Assembly (NCBI GenBank): GCA_021613535.1 | Contig: CP075493.1 | Coordinates: forward strand, 16,802,001-16,866,000 | Direction of reading: 5' to 3' | Length of the DNA stretch: 64,000 bases | DNA from: Adineta vaga | Lineage: Eukaryota > Animalia > Rotifera | In this document: in pieces, positions 26,601-38,600 of the stretch | How the letters are laid out: every line of letters begins with the position of its first letter | How positions within the stretch are numbered: position 1 is the stretch's first letter | Position numbers and translations under genes: made by a program | Notes under the pieces: generated by a model | Seen by the model: only the letters and a program-made list of their open reading frames with translations | Told to the model about the DNA's origin: nothing | Database searches by the model: none

Positions 26601-29600
26601 AGTCACTCTATGAATTGTCATTGCTAGCATCAGATGAACGATTACTAATGCAATCAATCAATGATACACAAGTATTACTTCCTCCTGTCGTTTGTATACA
26701 TCATCAATTTGTTTATCAAGCAATGAAATATTCACAAAAACTAGCTGTTGAACTTGATGAACAGTCTTTGACATATTCTGAACTTTTACATTATACACAA
26801 TTGTTATCTATGAATCTTTTAAATAATCATTTTTTCACTCCAGGTAAAATTATATGTCAATGTGTAAAGGAAAGTATATCAATGGTGAGTTGAGCGACGG
26901 GATGATTATTTAATTCAGATGAATATTATTGTTTATTAGGTAATTGGTATGATAGCAATCGAGATGGTTGGCAATGTCTATTGTCCCCTTTCACCTCAAG
27001 ATCCTCTAGACAGATTGCATTCATTAATCGAACAAACTCATTGTTGTCTAGTTCTTGTTCACTCAATGACACGAAACAAGTTTGACGATGATTATCTCAC
27101 ATTCAACATTGATACAACGATTAGCATTGACAAGATCGTGAATAATGATTATCTCGATCGGCTGTCGAGTATAAAAGTCACTCCGGAAAGTGTTGCGTAT
27201 GCGGTCTTCACTAGTGGTTCAACCGGTACTCCGAAAGCTGTGAGTTCATGATCCTTTTTATGTAATTGTATGCTATCAATGCCACTCTCTTTGTAGCCTC
27301 AAGTGCGTCATAGAAATTTTACATGCTATATTCATTCACTCATGTTGGCCACTTCTCTCAGCGACATGAACATAGTGATACAATTGGCTGGCTGTTCTTT
27401 TGATTCTCATATCGATGAGATTCTAGGAACACTGATTACTGGCTCCACACTTATCATGCTCCGGCCCGAAGGAAATATGGATTTTGAATACATAGCTACA
27501 GTGTTGACGAAAACGAAGCTCACACACTTGGCTTGTGTACCGAGTTTTTTCGATGGTCTTCTTCTTTTTCTTAGAAATAACGATCGCATAGCTGCTCTGG
27601 AATGCCTTCAGTCACTTTGTAGTGGCGGTTAGTATTTTTTAAAATCAGCTGTGTCCGCATGAAATTTCTGTAATCCTTTTGTTGTAGGTGAAGCTCTTTC
27701 TGTTAAACTGGCAAGTCTTCTCAAAGTCAGTGTGTCTCACAATTGTCAGGTTCTAAATGTCTACGGACCAGCTGAGGCAACAATTGGTTGTACTTCTTAT
27801 CTGATTGATAATACATCCAGCATAATGAGTATACCTATCGGACGACTACTGTCCAACTATACTTGTTTTATTTTCGATGAATTTTCCCAACCTGTCATTG
27901 TAAATCAAGAAGGTGAGCTGCTCGTTGGTGGTGAGGGTATCTTTGTTGGCTATCTTGGCCGGGAAGATTTAAACGACAAAGTACTTTTCGATTTCAACGG
28001 GTCCATATACTATCGTACAGGTGATCTAGTTAAAATAGATAACAATGGTCTTCTTTATTATATTGGTCGAAAAGATTTTCAAATTAAATTACATGGGCAA
28101 CGTATTGAACTTGGTGAAATTGAACGGTGTTTACTCAACACATCCATCTCAGCCTGTGTTGTCATTAAGTGGGGAGATGATCATTTAATTGCTTATGTTC
28201 AAAGTTCTACTATTGACGAGAAACAATTACGTGAATATTGTCAATCTCATTTACCACGGCACATGGTTCCATCAATGTTCATTATCCTAAAACAACTACC
28301 GTTAAATAGTAATGGAAAAATAGATCGAAAACGTCTTCCTTCACCTAATTTGTCGTTATTGACTTCGTCATTACCAAGTGCATCTGATATTCCGCTAAGT
28401 CATTTGGAACAACGTGTGCACGATATATGGTGTGAAATTCTGAAATGTGACGGGCGTTATATGGCAACAAACAAAAGCTTCTTTGCTATCGGAGGTCATT
28501 CTCTTTTGTTTATTAAACTATATAATCGCTATCAAACTTTGTTTGAGTTTGACAGTCGTACATTGTCTATTGGTTTATTTCTCCAAGAATCAACTATTAC
28601 CCAACATGCAAAATTATTGGAAGCAGTCACAACTGAAGGTATCCAAACGAAACAAAGGCATACTTCCGATATAAATCAAATTCAAAAGTTTCAACCCTTT
28701 CCTGTTACAGAAATGCAGCAAGCATATCTTATAGGACGAAAAGGTTTTCTTGAACTTGGCCATGTTTCTTGTTTTCACTATGAAGAATATGACTTGCCAT
28801 CAACATTTGATATTGAACAATTGGAGAAAGCATGGAATTATTTAATTCAACGTCATGAAGCGTTACGTATCATCTTTCCATCTAATACAGAACAAAAAAT
28901 TCTCGAAACAGTGCCTTATTACACTATATCTATATTGGATTTAAATGATATTATGACGGTAGAAGAATTATTAAAAGAACGACGAGAACAACTATCACAC
29001 CAAGTTCAACCAGCGAATCAATGGCCACTTTTTAATATCCAGGTGACTTGTTTTAGTATTGATAACGAATACTATAAACGTTTGCATGTCGGTTTGGATT
29101 TTCTCATCCTGGATTTATGGAGTTTAAAGTTAATTATGAATGAATGGAGTCAATTGTATTTTATTCCAAATATTCCTTTGAAAAATATAAATCTTTCTTA
29201 TCGAGACTATATTTTGATTGAACAACAATTTAAAAATACGACTGATTATATAAATGATAGAAAATATTGGATTGATCGTTTAAATTCCTTTCCATTAGGT
29301 CCTAATTTACCATTACAATGTTTGCCAAATGAAATACATATACAAAGACATTGTAGTTCATCTTTAATATTAGACGGACCAATCTGGCAGAAATTAAAAC
29401 AACGTATTATTGATCATAAATTGACATCAGTTAGCTTTTTAGTATCTATTTATGCTATGGTATTATCTAAATGGAGTGAAAACAAACATTTTGCTTTGAA
29501 TTTACCAATTTTTAATCGATCATCTATTCATCCACAAATAAATGATATAACAGGAGATTTTACAACAACTCTATTATTAGAAATCAATCTAACTGAGTCA

Positions 29601-32600
29601 ATTAATTTCGATCAATTCATTAAAATTGTACAAAAACAGTTACGAAATGATCTTGAACATATATCTTACAATGGTGTATCATTTATTCGTGATTTGATGC
29701 AAATACATCAAACAAGAGAAATAATATTACCATTTGTTTTCACATCTGGAATAGATATACGCGATACAAATGAAAATAATATTCAAGAAAATTTTTTTTT
29801 AGATGAATTACTTGTGTATTCGATTAGTCAAACACCACAAGTTTTTCTCGATCACATTGTATTTGAAAAAGATGAACAATTATTAACCAATTGGATTTAT
29901 GTAGAACATTTATTTCCATCAGAAATAATTAATGACATGCATCGTACATTCATTGACTTACTTCAACAATTGGCGTTGTGCGATGATATGTGGTACAAAC
30001 CTCTTTCGATCTCGTTACCAATTAAACAACTAGAGAGAAGAGTCGATTTTAATCAAACGCAATGGAAATCAAATGTCAAAGAACAATTACTTCATTCATT
30101 CGTCATTGAACAAGCTCAGCAAATACCTCAAGCTTGGGCTGTTTGCACTACAAGCCAAAACTTAACATATGAGCAGCTAATGAATCGCGTTTATTCCTTA
30201 GCATATTATTTACAACAACAACATGACATACAATCTAATCAACTAATTGGTATTCTAATGAAAAAAGGTTGGGAACAAGTCGTTGCTTGTTTATCTATTT
30301 TAATCTCAGGTGGTGCTTTTTTACCTTTGGATATTGATTCACCGTATGATCGCCTTTCTTCAGTAATTCAACAAACTAATGTCAACATTATTCTTACACA
30401 ATCTGATTGTCCTCATAAATTTACACATTTAACAACTATTTCAGTTTCAACATTCTCCAATAATAATTATCCTAAACCATTTCCCTTGAAACAACAATTA
30501 TCAACTGATTTAGCTTATGTTATTTATACATCGGGTTCAACTGGTCAACCAAAAGGTGTTATGGTTAGTCATCAAGCTGTTCTAAATACAATTATTGATA
30601 TGAATTCAAGATTAGAAATTTCTTCTAATGATAGAATATTTGCATTATCTCATTTAAATTTTGATTTATCTATTTATGATATATTTGGAATGTTGATCAA
30701 AGGTGGAACTGTCGTTATTCCAGATCATGGACACTATAAAAATCCTAAACATTGGTATGATATGATGATTAAACATCATGTAACTATTTGGAATAGTGTT
30801 CCAATATTAATGCAAATGTTAGTTGAACATTTAAAACAGAATTATAATCAAACACAATTAAGACATATTTTACTAAGTGGTGACTTAATATCATTATCTT
30901 TACCAAAATCAATAAAAAACACATTTGGTGAACAATTAACGATAACAAGTTTGGGTGGTGCAACAGAAGCATCGATTTGGTCAATTGCTTATACATTACC
31001 AAAAACGATTCCACAAGAATGGAAATCAATTCCATATGGATTACCACTAAGAAATCAACATTATTATGTTTATGATACAAATCTTGATGATTGTCCTGAA
31101 TGGGTCAATGGGGAATTATATATTGGTGGTATTAGTCTTGCTCATGGTTATTGGAATGATCGAAAAACTACAGAATTAAGTTTTATAATTCATCCACGGA
31201 CTGGTGAACGTCTTTATCGAACAGGTGATTATGCGAGATTTATTCCTGATAGTTACATTGAATTTATCGGACGAAAAGATTTTCAAGTTAAAATTCATGG
31301 TTATCGAATTGAACTTGGTGAAATTGAATATCATTTACAACAACATCCAGATATTTATCAAGCGATTGTTACTCAAGATAAAAATTCTCAACAGTTAATT
31401 GGATATATTTTACCACAAACACATTCTCATCATCATAATAAATTTGCTCAATTAGAAACTTTAATTACTGATCCTGTTGAACGTACTAATTTTAAACATG
31501 CAAGACATGGAACGAAACATCATTATGCAGGTGAGCAGAGTCTTGTCTTAACAAAACCGAAACTGACAGAAACATTAATCAATTCATACTATGGAAAAAA
31601 AACATATCGACAATTCACAAATGAAATTATTGAAAAATCGAATATTGAATATTTATTCAACAAATGTTGTATTAATAAGAGAAATATCGACCAAATATAT
31701 GAATGTGGTGTCAATTTCGATACTCTTAGTCACTTGTTATCGTTATTAACACCGATCAATATTTCCACTAAATCTTTACCTAAATATCGCTATGCATCAT
31801 ATGAAAGTCTTTATCCTGTTCAAGTATACATTGAACTTTTCACATCCTTACATAATATATCACCTGGTCTCTATTATCATAATCCAGATCAACACACTTT
31901 AGAATTAATTGATACTTATATCAACTGTAAGAATATCAATACACGTCTACATCTTATTGGACGATCATCTGCTATTGCACCTTTATGTGGAAAAACATTA
32001 GCTAGTCAATTTTGTGTGCTAGAAACAGGTTATATTATGGGATTATTGAAACAAGAGGCAATTAAATTAGGATTGATGTTTAAAAGAACTAATCACGATG
32101 AAATGAAAATGTCCACTTTCAACTTAGATCAGAATGATACTCATTATTGCTTCGAACTTTCATCTGTTAATCAATATGTTTCTGATAATGATTATCCGCG
32201 TTGTATTATTTATCAAAAGTTTACTCGTAAGAGCAAAGATCAATGGTTTACTTACGATGAGAAAAATGAAATTGTCATCCCTCTTGAAGTTGAAGAAGCA
32301 ATAATAGAAGACGATATGCCATTGTCCTTTGATACTGATGATCATAACAAAGCCATATTTCATGAATGTCAAATTGCAATTTTTTTCATCGGACAGTCTA
32401 CAGACAGATTAAATACTGGTATAATATCGCACTTATTGATGGATAGTGGTTTGGAAATGAATATTGGTATGTGTCCAATTGGTGTATCGACGAGTTTACC
32501 AATCAATATTCTTAATGCATTAGATATTGCTCGAGTTCGTAATGTTTCGGATAGGCAGAACATATTATTGCATACACTACTCATCGGAAAAGTGACTAAC

Positions 32601-35600
32601 GAACAAAAATATGAACGCACGATTTCAACCGCTAAATCAATGCCAAATTATAATATACTTCTGAAAACATATTTAAATAAAAAACTTCCAACTTATATGA
32701 TACCGTCATACTTTCTGACTGTCGAGGCATTTCCATTAAGTTCAAATGGTAAAGTTGATCGAAAATCATTACCTAAAACATCGATGACAAATTTGCAAAA
32801 AGAAGATACCTATAGAGCACCAAGTACTAAGTTAGAAAAGAAAATTGCAAACATTTGGTATCAGATATTGGGTAAAGATCAATTATCCCATGATTTGAGA
32901 TCAAACAAATGGGATCGATTACCAATAGATACAAATAAACGATTATCTTCAGATCTTTTCCAGTTAAATGCTCCAACATTTTCTCATCAATTGGGTTCAG
33001 CTAGCTTCTTCAGTGTTGGTGGTAACTCTCTTCTACTTCTTCATTTGTATCAACAATACCAATCACTCTTCAATTTTGATCCTGAGATTCTAACGATCCG
33101 ATCATTCTTTGAATATAATACCATAGCTGAACATGTAAAACTACTGCAAACAGTTGTACCACGTGACATTGAACCAATGCAATGGCAAACGCTGCATATT
33201 AATCAAGGTAAGGTATTGAATGTGGTGCGAAGCACAGCGTTTCCGTATTCTTTCCTGAGTTTTCTTTTTACTCAATGTTGTCAACGTACGCGTCAAAAGT
33301 CTTCATTTAATGTCGCGATCATCTGGAGAAACAAAACTTAGCGAAACTGTGTTGAAAGGCGACCCGAAACTAGGAAGATCAAACCGGTTATATCCGTTTT
33401 CTGATGTTCACTAGGGGAGTGTTTGATTTACGAATAGTTCAGGAAAACAACGAAGTTGAAAGAATTTACGCCTCGAGTGCTTAAAATTATGGTAGAAAAC
33501 CTTAACCGTCACCCATTGGAAACAATTATTTTTATATATCTCAGCTGATTGCTAATACTAAATGAGTCATTTAAATAATTAATCAATCAATCAATAGTGC
33601 TCATTAGAAGCAACTTGATAAGTAACAAGAAACGTTCGTCATTTCTACTCACTGGACTCTCGACATCAGAAATTCTTTTTTCTCTCCGCAATCTCTTTCT
33701 TAAGTAGAGGACGTAGATGTTCCTGTGCCTGTCGATAAAATTCAGTAGTAAATACACCACTCACACTCACATCTATCATCCAATAATCAAGTTCATCCCT
33801 CCACCCATGATTTCATCCATCACCCAGATCTATACCCCAGCTTTCATCGATGTTTTTCTGACCTTTGGCCCTGACAGAAATATACGAACAAACTATTTCT
33901 TTTCATAGGACCCTCCTTACAGTCAAGGAAATAATAGAGTTCTTGTAGCAACGGATTTTGTTATGTCAGTACGTTAAATTTTTCGACAATTTCACTCAAC
34001 AGATTCAGTATAATGTAATCTACTTAATAGAATCGGCAGATAGGAAATTCCATCTGTAGACTGTCAAGTGGCTAATGACAGTGTTCTTTTCATGTTCAAC
34101 TGTTGTAACGAACACTCTTTTTTTACAGCACACATCGATTTCTCGATAACCTATGCTTATAGTATCGCATTGTGTAGCCGACTTTTCAATACCATCAAGT
34201 TAGTTCTGAAACATTTTTTGAAGAGAAGCTCAAAACAAAGTTTGACAGAATATTATTTCCGTTATATGTATCCGAACGATTTTTACTCTTATCAAAAATA
34301 CATAAGATATTATGTGCTATTGCTCCACTTTCTTTAGCTCCATTGCCATTGACCACGTATCAATGGAAGAATCAAAGCTATACCTTGCTGATTTCACAGA
34401 TTTATAATACCCATTCTTCTGCTCTCTCTACATAGTATAGGTAAAATAGGAATATCGGTCAAAATATAGGATTTATCAAAAATATAGGAAATATAGGTCG
34501 GTCCGATCCCAGATAATTGTATATTGATTTATTTGCAACATATTAAAATATTCGATGATATAACATTTAGGTCTTGCATCTTTTGCTCAAGAGCGTATCT
34601 TCCTCGATGAACAAGTTCGCTTCTCAAATGAAGTTGCCATCTACAATGAATTATCAGTTCTACGACTTGTTCAAGGTTCATTATCGATCGATCGTTTATT
34701 AAAAGCACTTCGATATATAATAAGCAAACATAATATATTACGATCATCTCTCATTTTTGACAATGAAGATAGTACTTTAAAACAATATGTTACTCAAAAC
34801 CATCTATCATTCTCATTAGTCAATGAACAAACATTTGAAAATGAAAGTGAACTTTTCGATATTATCCATAAAGTTACAAGCAATCCAACTTTATTTAATT
34901 TGTCCGAAGGCCGAGTGTTTCATTGTGAGATTATTCGACAACAGAACTTAACTAATGAAAATAATGATAAGGAATTGATTAGAGAATCCGATGTTGTTAT
35001 ACTGGCTTTTCATCATGCAGCATCTGATCGATCAAGTTTCGCCGTCTTTTTCGAAGATTTGAGTTTTGCTTACAATAATAATAATGACACAACATGGTTT
35101 GAAGATGAGGATTCAATACAATACATTGATTATAGTGTACATGAACGTTTAATGGATATGACATTGTCTCGTGAATTTTGGCATTTTCAACTTGACGGTT
35201 ACAATCCCGAGCGTCCTTTAGCATTGCCAGTTGATCGACATCGTTCATCTGCTGATCAACGATCAGGTTTATCTTCTACAACTTACATATCGTTCAGCAA
35301 AGAAATTTCGAAATCATTTCTCGATTATGCATCTTCACATCAAGTCACACCATTTCAGTTAGGATTGGCTACATTTTATATATTTTTATTCAAGTTAACT
35401 CATGGTCAAACTGATCTATGTGTTTCTTGTCTTAATGCCAATCGATACAGAAATGAAATACAGAATATGTTTGGAATCTTTTTTTCCACATTACCATATC
35501 GATTTCAACTCGACGGTAACTGGTCATTTGATGAAGTTGTAAAACGTGTGCGAGAAATATGTTTATCAATTCTTGAACATTCTCACTATCCAATACAGTC

Positions 35601-38600
35601 TATTTTTGCTAATTTTCATTTCAATCCGTTACATATTCCGTTTGTTCAGTCGACGTTTGATCTTATAACTGTTTCTCCAGAAAACATTAATTTATCTTTA
35701 AACGGCGCAAGTTTAGAAGACGTACCAATGAAACTATCGTCCGAAGTAGCCAAAGTTGATTTCTCGGTTAGATTTGTTTACAATCCAGTTTCGGACGATA
35801 ATCAATTGTCGTGCTCATTCATCGGCTCAAGAGATTTATTTGACCGAACGGCAATTGTAACTATGGGTGTTAGATTAAAACACCTTTTTAACCAACTGTT
35901 TTCATCTGATTCAACTAGTACTTGGATTGATTCAATGTATATGCCTGTCACTAAATTTGATCTCATCTTACCCGAAGAAACCGAAGAAATCAAAAATGTT
36001 GTTTTTTGTCGACAGTCCATTGTTGTTAACGAAGGTATGTTTATGTGCTTTACTGTTGAAATATTTCATATACGTAAGGTACATTTAAATTATGTGGAGT
36101 TTTTATTCTAGGGAAAAAAACTCAAAAATATTATGACAAGCTGTCATCTTTTGAAGAGAACATTATACTTTGACTAGTTTTTACTTTGAGAAGACATTGT
36201 AAAAGATTCTGTCTGTAATTGCTCAATTTATTAGGTTCTTAAAATTGCTGAAGTTACAAAATATCAAATAATCTCGTGCGTAAAACACGAAAGCTTCCTA
36301 AGTCATAAGTTTAATCAAACATTTTGTTGGCTAAAACGTACATAAAATTCCATACTTTTGAGTTGAAACAGCAGCAGCAGTAGGACATACTAACTTGATG
36401 TTCAATGCATTTGAGTTTTATTAAAATATATTATTCAAACGATAGGCATTGAACAACTACTATCGCCATACTTTGTACAAAAGAAATACTACGAATATCA
36501 GCATTTCTCATAATTTTCTCAATAATAGACTAGTTCCGGCATACGATTAAAAATCAAGAGCTATTGATAGAATCGATAATATCCCATTTTTTTAGCATCA
36601 GCATCCTATGCTCAAGCGCGTATTTGGCTTGATGAACAAACTCGTTTCGGTTCTAACAAACCACAAGTAGCAATCTACAATATGCCATTTCTTTATCGTC
36701 TCTCATCCACACATACTTTATCAGTTAAACAATTTTATCAAGCTCTTCAGCTCATTATCACTAAACATCAAGCACTTCGAACATCATTGATCTTTGATTC
36801 AAACAAGAATCAACTCTTACAACGAGTCAATGACTTGAACGATAGTCACAAACCATTGTTTACGTTTACAGAAAGTACTTTTCAAACAAATGAACAACTC
36901 GATGAGATAATGTATGACGAGAAACGCAATTCTCAATATTTCGATCTTACTCAAGGACTTGTCTTTCGATGTCATCTCATTTACTACAAACAAATATCTT
37001 CAAATGATCTTCTTTGTGATAAAGATGTTATTATTTTCAATTTTCATCATGCATTGTTCGATTTTCCATCGATGGATATCTTTCTTCGTGATCTCAATCA
37101 AGCTTATACAACAAATCAACTATCAACTGATGATAACATGAATCTACGATATCTTGACTGTAATGATCAATATTCTTCTTTTCTATTTGATTTCATCTAT
37201 GTGTTTTTGTTCAACTATTTAGACGCTGTTATCGAACAAGAAATGTCAATGACTGGTGCAAGTCTATTTTGGCAAGATGTTCTTTATGATTGTAATTTTG
37301 ATCGATCTTTACCATTACCATTTGATCGACATCGTCTTGCTAATGAATATAATACTGGTCGTGGAACATCTGTCTCTTTTGATTTTGGTGAAGATCTTTC
37401 ACAAGCATTTCTTAATTATTCGTTATTGTACAATATTAACCTTGAATATCTGATACTTTCTTGTTATTATGCTTTCTTATTCAAATTATCAAATGGAGAA
37501 AAAGATCTTTCTATTGGAATTAACATTGATACTCGATCTAGAGATGAACTTAAATCGTTGATCGGAATATTCCAAAATGTCATTCCATTACGATGTCAAT
37601 TAGATCCTCATTGGTCTTTTCATCAATTAATTATATACTCTCAAGAGATAATGAGAAATAGTTTGAAATATTCATATTTTCCTCTTCAACGCATTCTCAA
37701 TCAACATGTCAATAGTTCAAGACCTGCATTTCTTGATATATTCTTTGAATTTCAATCAAATCAAAACAAATCTTGTAAGAATGAGATTATCATTGATGAT
37801 GTTCATCTCTATCCTATTTCCTATTCGAATCAAATCAATAGAAAGGAAGTTGTGAATAAATATGATTTCTCTCTTATTATTCAACATGATTCGAATATTA
37901 ATCAACTATCATGTACAATTAATGCATCACTTGATCTATTCAATGAAAACACAATTGACAAAAGTACACAACGATTTCATTTTATGTTGCAACAATTATT
38001 TAGATCTACCGATGAATGGATGAAGAAACCAATCTATGAATTATCATTCATATTGTCAAATGAAAGACTACTCGTGGAATCTTTGAATAACACACAAATA
38101 TTATTTCCTTCTTCCACTTGTATACATCATGAATTTGTTTTTCAGGCAATGAATTATTCACAAAAACTAGCAATTGAACTTGATGAACAATCTCTAACTT
38201 ATTCTGAACTTTTACATTATGTTCAATTGTTTGCTATTGATCTAATAGACAATCTATCATTCCAGGTGACATTGTTTGTCAATGTGTAGAACGAAGTCTA
38301 TCGATGGTAGGTTGATTGAAAAGTAATTTTTACTAAAATCGATCGAATATTGATCTTGATTAGGTAATTGGTATAATGGCAATCGAGATGAGTGGTGGTA
38401 TCTATTGTCCATTATCACCTCGAGATCCACCACATCGTTTGTGTGCACTTGTTCAACAAATTCAGAGTTGTCTTGTTCTTGTTCATTGGTCGACAAGAAC
38501 TAAATTCAACGATAATATAATTTCACTTGACATCAGCTCGATGATGGCTGACATTGATATCAAATGTGACATTGATGTCGATCGACTCTCAAATGTGCTA

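Noticed and set aside
34571-36034. Epimerisation domain call for the first C of each pair
   Set aside because: It lacks the HHxxVDGVSW, EGHGRE and RTVGWF motifs, and has LCL-like motifs (LPVDR, TPFQLGLA, ANRYR).
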